Below, piece after piece: positions 1-9,508 of a DNA stretch of 64,000 bases (position 1 is the first letter of the stretch; each line of letters opens with the position of its first letter). The notes beneath the pieces were generated by a model. That model saw nothing but the letters and a program-made list of their open reading frames with translations, was not told where the DNA came from and did not search any database. Origin of the DNA: a virus (lineage: Duplodnaviria; Caudoviricetes); IMG/VR virus record IMGVR_UViG_2845838682_000001; one strand, 5' to 3'. The translations under genes were made by a program, and so were the position numbers.

Positions 1-245
1 CCCCGTCCGGGGCGGCGAACACCGGACGAGGCCCACCCAACACCTGATCTGACCAGGAGTTGAGCGTAGTGATCAGTGTAAGCTCCGCCCGCACCGCACG
101 GTCCTCCCGGTGCGCGCCGCCGCCGGCCTCCCACGGCCGCGGCCCCGCTCGCTCTCGCTCCCGTGCCGCGGTGCACCTGCGCCTGCCCTCCGTCGTGGAG
201 GGCGGACGCGGGAGCACCACGACCCACGGATGGAAGCGAGAGGCT

Positions 246-608
246 ATGAGCGACACCGAGGACCCGGCCGCGCCTGCCGTGACCTACACGCCCGGCGGCG
301 GCACCTACCCCTACACCATCAGCGGTCTGCGCATGACCGCCCCCGAGGCCATCGCCTACCTGGCCCAGCGCGGCGGCCACAGCCTGCGCGACGCCGGCGA
401 CGCGGTCGCCCTGGCGCGCGTCGACGCCTGCAACGCCGCCCAGCCCACCGTCGACCTCGTCGGCGACGACGAGTACCGCATCGACGGCCCCGACGGGCCG
501 ACCTACCCGCGCGAGTTGGCGGCCGCGCTGCTCATCGAGGAGTACCGCCGCACCGAGGGAGAAGCGGCCCGTCTCCTCGACGAGGCCCGCGACCGCGCCA
601 CCGGCTGA
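246..608 (+). CDS. Hypothetical protein
   Basis: ATG at 246 (MSDTEDPAAP...) after a purine-rich RBS-like stretch; GC3-rich coding frame. Confidence 0.6.
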   Translation: MSDTEDPAAPAVTYTPGGGTYPYTISGLRMTAPEAIAYLAQRGGHSLRDAGDAVALARVDACNAAQPTVDLVGDDEYRIDGPDGPTYPRELAAALLIEEYRRTEGEAARLLDEARDRATG

Positions 609-700
609 CGGACCCCGGACACACGAACGGCCCGCCCCCGTGAACCAGCCAGGACACCGGGGGCGGGCCGCCTCCCCAACCCTGTGAGGAGACCCCAAGG

Positions 701-919
701 ATGTCCCACCCGCACACCCTCCAGCAAACGGCTCTCGTCCAGGTCACCGCGCCGATCCGCCGCGCCGTACCGCACGTTGCCGAGGTCGCGGCGGCGCTGC
801 CGTGGTGGCTCTGGCCCACCCTGGCCATCGCCGCGCTGATCACGGCGGCGGTGATCCTCGCGACCCGCGCGCCGTCGCGCAGTGCGCAGGACCGTGAGGG
901 CTGGGGGGTGCCGAAGTGA
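701..919 (+). CDS. Small membrane protein
   Basis: RBS AAGG before ATG; one hydrophobic helix (WWLWPTLAIAALITAAVILA); GTGA overlap with the next gene. Confidence 0.6.
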   Translation: MSHPHTLQQTALVQVTAPIRRAVPHVAEVAAALPWWLWPTLAIAALITAAVILATRAPSRSAQDREGWGVPK

Positions 920-2397
920 CCGCCCCGCCCGACATCCCTGACCGGCTCGTCCGCGCGGTGGTGGACGAGCTGGCCGGCATGCCCTGGTACGCCTGGCTGA
1001 CCACCGGACTGCTGCTGTCCGCCCTGGCGGTGCTGGCCGCCTGGTGGGTGGTGCGCACCGTGCGGCGCGTCGGCCGCGCCCTGCTCGCCGCGATCCGGGA
1101 GGCCGCCCACGGCGACCAGGCCGCCCGCCGCCGGATCCGCCAGGTCCTCAACGGCATGAGCCTGACCACCGCGTTGTCGGTGTCCCTGGTCGTGGCCCAG
1201 GGGTTCGGCGCGCTCGGCATCGCCCGCGTGCTGCACGAGCACGCCGAGGTGCCCGAGCCGTTCAACTGGCTCGGGTTCGCCGTGTTCCAGGCGCTCGCGG
1301 TGATCCTGATGGCGATCATCAACGAGCGCGCCGAACAGGGCGTGCCCGCCCGCGGCGTCACCCTGGGGTTCTGGGCGCTCATCGCGGCCGAAGCGCTGTT
1401 CAACACCACCCATTCCGACAACCTGGTCGGCCGCGCGGTGTTCGCCGTGATGACGCTGGTCGCGGCGTTCGGCTACCACCTGCGGATGGGGCAGAAGCGC
1501 CGCGGCCGCGAGGAGGAGCTGCGCCGCGCCGAAGGCCGCTGGGCCAACCGCCGCATCGCCCTGATCCGCTGGCTCCACCCCGTCGAACGCATCGCCGTGG
1601 CGGTGGAGCTCGCCCGCGACGAGGAGCTGGGCGCCGACGCCGCCACCCGCACCGTCCGGGAGCGTTCAGCCGAGCGGCGCCGGCTCCGGCTGCGGCGGCG
1701 CGCCGCTCGCGCGCTGTGGCGGCGCCGCCGCGTCCAGCTCGGCGGGCGCCTGGCCCGGCTGCGGCACCCGGCTTCCGAGCGGCGGGCGCAGGCGGCGCTG
1801 GATGCCGCCGGTATCGCCGACGACACCGCCGAGCTGGCCGGGGTGATGCGCAGCGTGCAGGTGCTCGCCCTGGCCGACCGGATCGCCGAGACCGACTACA
1901 CCGACCCCTCCGGCGCCCGCGGCCTCGTCGCCTCCCTCATCACCGAGGAGGCGCTGCAGCGGCGCCTGGAGCTGCCGCCCCCCACTCCGGCAGCGCCTCC
2001 CGCAGCGGCGTCCGACACGGCGACGGCGAGCACACCGACGCCTGAGCCCTGGACCGAAACCGACCCCGAGTGGGAGCGGCTCATCGACAGTGAGGAGGGC
2101 GGCGGGGCGCTCATCCCGCTCACCGGCCCCGACCGGTCGAGCGCACCGGTGAGCGTCGCCCAGGTCCGCGCCGCTCGCGCTGCGGACGAGCCCGCCCGGA
2201 CGTTGCCGCCGCACGAGCGCTACGACACCGCCCGGCGGATGTGGAGCGACGACCACTCGGTCACCGGCGCCGAACTGGCGTGGGCGACCGGGGCGGGCGA
2301 GTCCACCGCCCGCCGGTGGCGCTCAGCGTTCGCCACCGAGCACAACCGGAGCGGGCTTCCGCCGGGATGGCGCGTCGAACCCGGGGACCGGACGTGA
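916..2397 (+). CDS. Spd-like (DUF2637-type) multi-pass membrane spread protein with C-terminal HTH
   Basis: About 5 TM segments, coiled/Arg-rich middle, C-terminal VTGAELAWATGAGESTARRW HTH; lies upstream of TraA/TraB. Confidence 0.65.
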   Translation: MTAPPDIPDRLVRAVVDELAGMPWYAWLTTGLLLSALAVLAAWWVVRTVRRVGRALLAAIREAAHGDQAARRRIRQVLNGMSLTTALSVSLVVAQGFGALGIARVLHEHAEVPEPFNWLGFAVFQALAVILMAIINERAEQGVPARGVTLGFWALIAAEALFNTTHSDNLVGRAVFAVMTLVAAFGYHLRMGQKRRGREEELRRAEGRWANRRIALIRWLHPVERIAVAVELARDEELGADAATRTVRERSAERRRLRLRRRAARALWRRRRVQLGGRLARLRHPASERRAQAALDAAGIADDTAELAGVMRSVQVLALADRIAETDYTDPSGARGLVASLITEEALQRRLELPPPTPAAPPAAASDTATASTPTPEPWTETDPEWERLIDSEEGGGALIPLTGPDRSSAPVSVAQVRAARAADEPARTLPPHERYDTARRMWSDDHSVTGAELAWATGAGESTARRWRSAFATEHNRSGLPPGWRVEPGDRT

Positions 2398-4106
2398 CGA
2401 GCACACCCACCGAAACCCCCGAGCACACGCAGCCGCCGCTCGCTGCTTCCGACCCAGCGCCGGCCGCACCGAAGCAGGGGCGGGGGAGCGGCCGCGCGGA
2501 CCGGGCGCGGCGCCGCGTGCCGCTGGCGCCGGCGGCGACCACGGCCGTCTCCGGGTTGGCGATCGGCGGGGCGCAGGTCTATGCCGCGTGGGGAACGGTC
2601 GGTCTGGCCACGGCCGCGGTGGGCACGGCCGCGGCCAGCGGTGGGGCGTTGTGGCTGCACCAGCGGCTACGGTCGCGGCGCCGCTCGGGCGGGCGCTCCC
2701 GGGGCGCCAACCGAGGGGCGTGGGGGCGGTTCACGGGTCGCCGCTCTCCGGCGGGCGGTCGGCGCTCGACGGCGAGCAGCGGACGCTCTCGGATGCCGCG
2801 CTCAACGGCCCGCGCGGCCAGGGCGAGCGCCGCCCGCCGCTCGGGGGTCGCGGGTCGGGCGGTGGCCGGGCGCCGCGCCGCCGCCCGCGGGAAGGCGGTG
2901 CCGCGGCTGGGCCGCTCGGCTGCCCGCTCCGGCGGGGTGTCGCGTGCGGCGCGCCGCTCCACCGCCGCGGCGCGGGGCCGCTCCGCGCGGGCGCTGCGCA
3001 CCGGCGCGACCCGACGGGGCGCGAGCGGGCGGAGCGGTGCGGGGCGCCGCGCCGGTGGTGGGCTGCTCGGCCGCGCCCGCGCCCGCTCCGGTTTGCGTGG
3101 CGGGGCGGCGGGGCGGCGCCAGCGCGGTGGGTGGGGGCAGCGGGGCGGGCCCGCGCAGCCACGCACCCGCCCCCGGGCGGGTGGGCGCCGCTCGCCCGCG
3201 GCCACCACCGCTGGGCGCATCGCCGCCCGCATGCGCCGCACCCGCTCAGGCAGAGCGGCCCTGGGCACCGGCAAAGGCGCCTGGTGGGCGGCGCGGGCGT
3301 CGTGGCGTATCGCCAGCCGCGCCTGCGGTGGCCGCTTGGGCGTGCTCGGCGGCCGGGTGTTCTGGCGGCGCCAGCGCGAACGCCTGCTGGATTGGGCGTG
3401 GCTGGGTCGGCAGCGCGTCGACGCGTGGCAGGCCGGCGTCGGCGATCTCGCCGCGGCCGGGTTCTGGTGGCTGCGGGCACGCGCCCACGCGCTCGCCGCC
3501 CGCCTCCGCTCGGGGGAGCTGCGGCCCTGGGAGCGCACCACCGCTCTGGTGCTCCTGCGCGGCCTCATCTGGCTCACGGGCCCGCTGGAACACCTCGCTC
3601 CGCTGCTGGAGCGCGACCCGCTCCCGCCGCCCCACCCGCCCACCGAGACCGCTGCCACCGAGAAGCGGCGCCGGGGCCGACGCGTCGGCGACCGCGTCAC
3701 CCCGGGGACACCAGCCACCAACCGCACTGAAGAGAAGGACCGATTCGTGTCACAGACCCCGCCCAACCAGCGCATCCTGGACCTGGCCGAGGAACTCAAA
3801 GCGGAGATCGTCAAGGAGCCCGAAGGGATGCTCGACGTGCTGGCGACCCTCAAAGGCGTCGAGCAGATGCAGGAGACCCTGTCGGGGGCCGTGGGGACAC
3901 TCAAGCAGCGCTTGGCCGATGACTACCCCTCCACCGCCGCCGTCGTGGAAGGGGTCGAGTTGGCGCAGACCCAGATGGCCACGGCAGGGGAGTGCTGCAC
4001 CGAGGCCCGCGAGGGTTTCGAGGAGCAGCACCCCGACGAGATCGAGCGGCTGGAGAACCAGCGCCGCCGCGAGGACATGTGGGACACCGTCAACAACCAC
4101 AGGTAG
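2394..4106 (+). CDS. TraA-like plasmid transfer protein (membrane anchor, Arg-rich linker, acidic C-terminal domain)
   Basis: GTG overlaps the upstream stop; C-terminus FEEQHPDEIERLENQRRREDMWD resembles actinomycete TraA ends; directly precedes traB. Confidence 0.55.
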   Translation: MTSTPTETPEHTQPPLAASDPAPAAPKQGRGSGRADRARRRVPLAPAATTAVSGLAIGGAQVYAAWGTVGLATAAVGTAAASGGALWLHQRLRSRRRSGGRSRGANRGAWGRFTGRRSPAGGRRSTASSGRSRMPRSTARAARASAARRSGVAGRAVAGRRAAARGKAVPRLGRSAARSGGVSRAARRSTAAARGRSARALRTGATRRGASGRSGAGRRAGGGLLGRARARSGLRGGAAGRRQRGGWGQRGGPAQPRTRPRAGGRRSPAATTAGRIAARMRRTRSGRAALGTGKGAWWAARASWRIASRACGGRLGVLGGRVFWRRQRERLLDWAWLGRQRVDAWQAGVGDLAAAGFWWLRARAHALAARLRSGELRPWERTTALVLLRGLIWLTGPLEHLAPLLERDPLPPPHPPTETAATEKRRRGRRVGDRVTPGTPATNRTEEKDRFVSQTPPNQRILDLAEELKAEIVKEPEGMLDVLATLKGVEQMQETLSGAVGTLKQRLADDYPSTAAVVEGVELAQTQMATAGECCTEAREGFEEQHPDEIERLENQRRREDMWDTVNNHR

Positions 4107-4114
4107 GAGGGATC

Positions 4115-6271
4115 GTGCAGCAGCACCCCTGGGGGTTCGGGCCGGTGGGCGCCCCGGTCGCGTCCGTGGCGGCGCTGTGGGCCGCCGCCGAAGTCGGCAC
4201 CGTGCTCGACGCGCCGTGGTGGCCGCCGATCCCGGCCGCGATCGCGGGCATGCTCGCCGTGGTGATGGCCGGTGCGCGGCGCCACATGAGCGGCCCCGGC
4301 CAGCTGCTGCGGTGCGCCGCCTGCGCCGCGGCCGGCGGCTGGATGGTGTGGGTGCTGGCCTGGGGCGCCACCACCGTGACCAACGTGGTGGTGATGGCCA
4401 CCGGTGTGCTGGTGGTGGGCGTGTTGGCGCCCGTGCTGGGGCGGCCCCTGCCCGCGGCCGAAGCCGCCCAAGGCGGGCCGCTGAGCCTGATCCACCACCA
4501 GAACCCGGCCGCCGCTGAAACGGCGGCGTGGATGAGCGCGGAGCAGCAGAAGACCGCCACCCGCGAGGAGCTGGCGCAGCTGTGGCGCCGGCTGGTGGCC
4601 GCCCAGTGGGCCCGCCTGGACGTGAACGTCTGCGCGGTGGAGTTCTGGGAACCCCTGACGGACATGGCCACCGGGCAGGTGCTGCACCCGCGGCCCGGCT
4701 ACAGCGTCGACATCGCCAACCCGCAGGCCTCCGGGATCGGGTGGCGCGACATCGCATCCCGCGCCGAAGCGTTCGCGAACGCGCTGCGGTTGGGCAACAC
4801 GTGCGGTGTCGAGGTCGCCCCGGGCGCCGAGCGGGGGCGGTGGGTCGCCCACGTCGCCCTGGTCGATGTGCTCGCCACCGAACGCCCGCTGCCCGCCGAC
4901 TACACCCCCACCTCCATCCGCGACCCGTACCCGATCGGGGTGCGCCGCACCGGCACCCCCGTGGTGTCGCGGATGGAGTGGCACGCCAAGGTCATCGTCG
5001 GGCCCCGCCGGGAGGGCAAAACCAACGGGGCGCACGTCGACATCGCCGCCCACCAGCGCATGACCGACGCCGTCGTCATCCTGCTCGACCCCAAGGGCGG
5101 CGGCATGGCGCGGATGTGGCTGCTGCCCTGGCTCCAGGGCCGGGTGGAGCGCCCGGCGTTGGCGGCGGTGGCGCTGACCCCCGCCCAGATGCGCAAAGCG
5201 GTGGAGTGGTGCGAGCGGGCGATCGAGTACCGCGACCGCGCCTACTCCCACCTGGCCATGGCCAACAACGACGACAAAATCCCGTTCTCCCCGACCCTGC
5301 CGAAGGTGACCGTGGTCTCCGACGAGCTGCACAAACTCCCACCGGATGTGCGCCAAGGGCTGGAGCGCATCAACAACGTCGGCGGCTCCTCCGGGTTCTC
5401 CACGATCGCGATGGCGCTGCGCGCCACCGGCGAATACCTCCCGAGCGGGTTGAAGAAGCAGTCCAAGGAGAAGGTGGCCGTCCGGGTGCCCAGCCCCTCC
5501 GATGCCCGCGAGCTGTTCGGCGAGGCCGCCCGCGTCACCGACACCGCCGAGCTGGCCGCCGAAGGCTACGCGCTGGCCTCCACCGGCGCCCAACCCGAGC
5601 TGATGCGCTACTACCGCGTCACCCCCGCCCAGGCCGAGGAGATCGTGATGGCCACCCACCACCTGCGCCCGCAGATGGACGAGGGCTCCGCGCAGGTGAC
5701 CGCCTGGTGGGCCACCCGGTGGGACGAGGTCGTGCCGATGCTGACCGAGACCACCACCGGCGCCGGGCCTGCGGCGCCGGCGGCGGGCGAGCAGCCGCGC
5801 CGCACCGGGTCCGCCGCCGGCGCCGCCCGCGAACAGCAGGACCGGGCCCGCGCCTACCTGGAGCGCCAGCGCCAGCGGCGCCGCGACAACGCCCGCCAGG
5901 CCGAACTGGACACCGCCGTCGACTGGGACGCGCTGGAGGCCGACGTCGCTCCAGCGGTGGAAGACCCGGCCGACCCCGACCCGGTCCCCAAAATTCTCAC
6001 CGCCACGATCAGCGTGATCGAGCGCCACGGCGCCTGGCGCATGCATTCGGCACAGATCGCCGAAGAGCTAGGCGTGGACCAGCAGGACCTCACAGCGCTG
6101 CTCATGCGGTGCGGTGCCCGCACCGTCAACCCCTTCGCCGTTGCGGGGCGGGATCCGCTGCGCGCCCGCGGCTACATCCTGGCCGAACTCGTCACCCTGT
6201 CCACCGCGATCCGCACCGGCGAGATCGCTCCGCCCCCTCTGGAGGTGTGGGAATGGCGCCCCGCCCGATGA
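4115..6271 (+). CDS. traB: TraB-type FtsK/SpoIIIE conjugative DNA translocase
   Basis: N-terminal TM helices, Walker A GPRREGKT, Walker B VTVVSDE, C-terminal winged helix (HSAQIAEELGVDQQDLTALL...RGY); RBS GGAGG before GTG 4115. Confidence 0.85.
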   Translation: MQQHPWGFGPVGAPVASVAALWAAAEVGTVLDAPWWPPIPAAIAGMLAVVMAGARRHMSGPGQLLRCAACAAAGGWMVWVLAWGATTVTNVVVMATGVLVVGVLAPVLGRPLPAAEAAQGGPLSLIHHQNPAAAETAAWMSAEQQKTATREELAQLWRRLVAAQWARLDVNVCAVEFWEPLTDMATGQVLHPRPGYSVDIANPQASGIGWRDIASRAEAFANALRLGNTCGVEVAPGAERGRWVAHVALVDVLATERPLPADYTPTSIRDPYPIGVRRTGTPVVSRMEWHAKVIVGPRREGKTNGAHVDIAAHQRMTDAVVILLDPKGGGMARMWLLPWLQGRVERPALAAVALTPAQMRKAVEWCERAIEYRDRAYSHLAMANNDDKIPFSPTLPKVTVVSDELHKLPPDVRQGLERINNVGGSSGFSTIAMALRATGEYLPSGLKKQSKEKVAVRVPSPSDARELFGEAARVTDTAELAAEGYALASTGAQPELMRYYRVTPAQAEEIVMATHHLRPQMDEGSAQVTAWWATRWDEVVPMLTETTTGAGPAAPAAGEQPRRTGSAAGAAREQQDRARAYLERQRQRRRDNARQAELDTAVDWDALEADVAPAVEDPADPDPVPKILTATISVIERHGAWRMHSAQIAEELGVDQQDLTALLMRCGARTVNPFAVAGRDPLRARGYILAELVTLSTAIRTGEIAPPPLEVWEWRPAR

Positions 6272-6445
6272 CCCGTGCCGCACACGGCACGCCCCCGACT
6301 CCCGTGCCGCACCCCGTGCCCACCTGTGACCAGCGCGGACACGCCCGGCACGGGGCAGGCGCGGTCCCGCACCGCCCCCCGCGCACGCGCTGGCGGGGCC
6401 GTCGGTGGGCCCTGATAGACCCGTGCCGCACCCCGTGCCCGTGCC
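6272..6445 (+). repeat. clt-like locus: CCCGTGCC 8-mer repeats immediately after traB
   Basis: Exact CCCGTGCC at 6272, 6301, 6313, 6420, 6432 and 6438, plus an inverted copy at 6347. Confidence 0.7.
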
Positions 6446-6480
6446 CGACCACCCGCACCCGTAGACGCCAGGATCCTGCC

Positions 6481-6705
6481 GTGCCCCTGTCCGACGTGCC
6501 CGCCCCGCTGCGGTGGGCCCTGCTGTCCGCCGGCCCCCGCGGTGTGCTGCGGCGCCCGCCCGGCGGTACCTGGGAGGTGACCCAAACCCACCAGGTGCGG
6601 CCCGGCGACGAGGTCCACACCCAAGACGACCTGGTGGCGGCCGGCGGGGCGGCGCTGACCGCCGAACTCCACCCCGCCCGCCTCGCGCGGGGCGGCGCCC
6701 GGTGA
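6481..6705 (+). CDS. Hypothetical protein
   Basis: GTG 6481, MPLSDVPAPLRWALL...; overlaps the next start. Confidence 0.5.
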   Translation: MPLSDVPAPLRWALLSAGPRGVLRRPPGGTWEVTQTHQVRPGDEVHTQDDLVAAGGAALTAELHPARLARGGAR

Positions 6706-6923
6706 CCGCGGGGGAGGCGTGGGGCGAAGTCGCTCGCGATGTCGCCTGCATGATCGTGGTCGTGGCGATCGGCGCCGCGGTGCTGGGCGAGCCGCTTGCG
6801 GCCGGGCACAGCCTGCTGGGCGGGCTCCTGCTCGGCCTGGGCTGGACCCTCGTGCTGCAGACCGGCGAAGTCCTCCTTGAAGCGCACGTACAGCGCGTGC
6901 GCGAACACGGGACCACGCGATGA
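6702..6923 (+). CDS. Small membrane protein
   Basis: Two hydrophobic segments; translationally coupled on both sides. Confidence 0.55.
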   Translation: MTAGEAWGEVARDVACMIVVVAIGAAVLGEPLAAGHSLLGGLLLGLGWTLVLQTGEVLLEAHVQRVREHGTTR

Positions 6924-7639
6924 TGGGCCGCACCCACGCCGCCACCGGCCTGCCCCTCGGCGTCGCCGTCGGCGCGGCCGTCGACGGCACCCTGCCGGGC
7001 ATGGTGATCGGGGCGTGGCTGTGCGCCGGTGCGGCGCTGCTGCCCGACATCGACACCCCGGTCTCGACGGCCGCGACCGCGCTGGGCCCTCTCACCCGCC
7101 GGGTGAGCGTCGGCGTGCGGGCGTGCTCGGCGGCGGTGTGGTGGGCGACCGCCACCAAGCGGGACACCGAGGACGAGCGCGCCGACCGGGAGCACCGGGC
7201 GCTCACCCACACGGTTCCGGCGGCCGCGGCCGCCGGAATGCTCACCGCGGCCGCCACCGTATGGGCGCCCACGGCCTGGCTGATCGTGTGGGCGCTCACC
7301 GTGATCGCCCTGCGCGGCGTGCTGACTGAGGCCGGCGGGCGGTGGTCGACCGCCACGAGCGCGGCCGGTCTCACGATCGTGGTGATGGTGCTCGCCCCGC
7401 CCCACCCGGTGCTCGTCGGCGCGGCGGTCTCCGCCGGAGCGAGCGCCCACCTGGCCGGGGACGCGCTCACCCGCCAAGGGGTGCCGCTCACTTGGCCGCT
7501 CACCCACCGCGGCCGGCGGTGGTGGATGTGGCGCTCCCCGCTCACCATCGGCACCGACGAGAACAGCCGAGCAGAGCGCGCCCTGCGCTGCGCGTGCACG
7601 ATTTTCGCCCCTTTCCTGGGCGCGTGGGAGATGATGTGA
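6920..7639 (+). CDS. YdjM/DUF457-family membrane metal-dependent hydrolase
   Basis: Motifs GRTH, LLPDID, HRALTHT, HLAGDALT, GVPL-WP. Confidence 0.85.
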   Translation: MMGRTHAATGLPLGVAVGAAVDGTLPGMVIGAWLCAGAALLPDIDTPVSTAATALGPLTRRVSVGVRACSAAVWWATATKRDTEDERADREHRALTHTVPAAAAAGMLTAAATVWAPTAWLIVWALTVIALRGVLTEAGGRWSTATSAAGLTIVVMVLAPPHPVLVGAAVSAGASAHLAGDALTRQGVPLTWPLTHRGRRWWMWRSPLTIGTDENSRAERALRCACTIFAPFLGAWEMM

Positions 7640-7664
7640 CTATCCAGTTTGAGAGGAGAAGCAG

Positions 7665-7955
7665 GTGGAAGAACTGATCGAATTCCTGCGGATGCGATAC
7701 GAGGAGGACGACCGCACCATAGAGCGAGGAAGGTCGACCCGACTCGGCCCGGACCAGGCCGCCGACCTTCTGCGCAATTACGACAACAAGCGGGCGGTGT
7801 TGAACGCCCACGCCCCCCAACCCGGCGACGCGGACGGCAATCGGATACGGGCCTGCGGCGTCTGCAGCAACAGCGGCGCCCTGTGCCCGGCTGTGCTTCA
7901 CCTCGCCCAGGATTACCAGTGGCACCCGCTGTTCAATCCGGTCTGGGCATCATGA
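7665..7955 (+). CDS. DUF6221-family protein (copy 1)
   Basis: LIEFLRMRYEED start, CxxC...C, C-terminal LAQDYQWHPLFNPVW. Confidence 0.7.
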   Translation: MEELIEFLRMRYEEDDRTIERGRSTRLGPDQAADLLRNYDNKRAVLNAHAPQPGDADGNRIRACGVCSNSGALCPAVLHLAQDYQWHPLFNPVWAS

Positions 7956-8323
7956 TGGACGAACCCACGGCCTGGCTTCGCGAAGTGTGGGACGCCGACG
8001 AACGGTCAGCGCGCGCGATCGACTCGGCATCGGTCATCTTGACCATCGGGGACACTGTCAGAGGAAGCATTCCTCCCGAGGACAGCAAGTTCCGGTCACT
8101 CATCGACCCGACAGATCTCCTTGCCCGAATCGACGCAGAGCGGCGCATTCTGGACGTACACCGCCCCGTGCGCGTGCGCTCGACTGGCGATCTCGGTGAG
8201 GACTTCATCGAGCGGTGCAGCATGTGTGACCAGTTCCCCGCGCAGTACCCCTGCAGCACGGTCCGTCTGATCGCATGGGGGTACCGGCACCGTCCCGGCT
8301 ACCGAGAGGAATGGCGGCCGTGA
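7952..8323 (+). CDS. DUF6221-family protein (copy 2)
   Basis: LARIDAERRILDVH, CxxC, YPCSTVRLIAWGYRHRPGYREEWRP. Confidence 0.8.
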   Translation: MMDEPTAWLREVWDADERSARAIDSASVILTIGDTVRGSIPPEDSKFRSLIDPTDLLARIDAERRILDVHRPVRVRSTGDLGEDFIERCSMCDQFPAQYPCSTVRLIAWGYRHRPGYREEWRP

Positions 8324-8709
8324 CCATCACCGAGTTCCTGAACGCGCGGCTCCACGAAGAGCAGCAGTGGGCAATCCATCTGGAGCGCAACGCCCGCAAC
8401 TACCTGCGGGCTGAGAACCTACGCGAGGTGCGCGGCCGGGCCCGGCAGACCACTGTGGCCTGGGATCCCTATGCAGAGTTCGCGCAGCGCGTGTACCGGA
8501 GCGTGACAGGGCAACTGCGCATTCTGGAGGAGCATCCGCAAACACGCGGATGGGATGGCGACGGTGTCGACAACCCCATCTGCGAAACGTGCGCACGCGA
8601 CGACAGGGACGGCGGCCAGGATGGCGACCCGTACCCGTGCACCACGCTGCGGCTTCTGGCCCTGCCCTACGCTGATCACCCCCACTATCAGCAGGAGTGG
8701 GCGCCCTGA
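8320..8709 (+). CDS. DUF6221-family protein (copy 3)
   Basis: ITEFLNARLHEE, CxxC, YPCTTLRLLALPYADHPHYQQEWAP. Confidence 0.8.
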   Translation: MTITEFLNARLHEEQQWAIHLERNARNYLRAENLREVRGRARQTTVAWDPYAEFAQRVYRSVTGQLRILEEHPQTRGWDGDGVDNPICETCARDDRDGGQDGDPYPCTTLRLLALPYADHPHYQQEWAP

Positions 8710-8762
8710 CCGCCCTCCGTTTCGCGACCTAACTAACCGAGTATCTCGCAGGAGACCCCCCG

Positions 8763-9197
8763 ATGATCAAAGCCGAACCAGGGCACTTTGCTCGTTTTGA
8801 GCCGACCCCTCCCGTTATCAAATACACCGACAGCCCGATCGCCGCGTGGGCCGATGACGGTCACCCGATGGTTGTACGCGCGACCGGGCTCGTACGCGCT
8901 GACAGCATCTCGGGGTACATGGGCATCAACTCCGATCCCGACCCGAATCCCACCCCCTACGCGTTCCTTCCCGGGGACGGCTGGGCGGTCCAGTATGACG
9001 ACGGCGCGGTGCCCCTCGTGGCGTGGGCGATGTGCACCTACGGAGGGTTGGACGCGACATTCGCCGTACCTATGGTGGCGAAGGAAGAGGCGAGTTACCC
9101 GTCAGGGAGCATCTCCACCCTGGGCGCACCCGCAAGCGCGGCAGAGAGCGTGACGGTGGTGCCGATCTCCGAAGCACGCGGGTTGCGGGCGCCGTGA
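8763..9197 (+). CDS. Hypothetical protein
   Basis: RBS GGAGA; 144 aa; resembles actinophage proteins with the PLVAWA motif. Confidence 0.6.
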   Translation: MIKAEPGHFARFEPTPPVIKYTDSPIAAWADDGHPMVVRATGLVRADSISGYMGINSDPDPNPTPYAFLPGDGWAVQYDDGAVPLVAWAMCTYGGLDATFAVPMVAKEEASYPSGSISTLGAPASAAESVTVVPISEARGLRAP

Positions 9198-9427
9198 AGC
9201 TCCCCGCGGCCTTCGACGAAGCGCTTGCCAAGGAGGCCCGGCGCGTTGGGGCCGAAGTCCAGCGGTGGCGCCCGATCCACACTTTTGGCGGCGCGAGCCT
9301 GCCGAAGCGCCTTCATGTCGGTGGGGCAATCTTCCCGCGTCGGGAGTACCTGCTGACGGTCGGGCAGACGACCCACCTTGGCCGGGAGGCCCATCGCGCC
9401 CTGTGCCGCCCCAAGTGGTTGGAGTAA
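9194..9427 (+). CDS. Hypothetical protein
   Basis: GTG overlapping the upstream stop; followed by a terminator. Confidence 0.5.
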   Translation: MKLPAAFDEALAKEARRVGAEVQRWRPIHTFGGASLPKRLHVGGAIFPRREYLLTVGQTTHLGREAHRALCRPKWLE

Positions 9428-9456
9428 CTTGGCGGTGAGGACGCTCTCACGTCGGT

Positions 9457-9488
9457 GGCCCGGCGCCCTGAGGCGCCGGGCCTTTCTC
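9457..9488 (+). terminator. Intrinsic terminator
   Basis: GGCCCGGCGCC/GGCGCCGGGCC stem followed by TTTCTC, between convergent genes. Confidence 0.75.
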
Positions 9489-9508
9489 GTTCCGGGGACG
9501 TGGGTCGG

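Noticed and set aside
4-28. Hairpin CGTCCGG/CCGGACG at the window start
   Set aside because: Short, truncated by the window edge and of a type common upstream of actinomycete mobile-element operons; no function can be supported.
2650-3300. Arg/Ser/Gly-rich low-complexity stretch as a nucleic-acid repeat
   Set aside because: No exact nucleotide periodicity; it is explained as the protein linker of the TraA-like ORF.
6272-6445. CRISPR array
   Set aside because: Repeats are 8 bp with irregular short spacing and there are no cas genes; no CRISPR-like array was seen anywhere in the window.
7665-8709. Diversity-generating retroelement acting on the DUF6221 copies
   Set aside because: No reverse transcriptase and no near-identical TR/VR pair differing at adenines.
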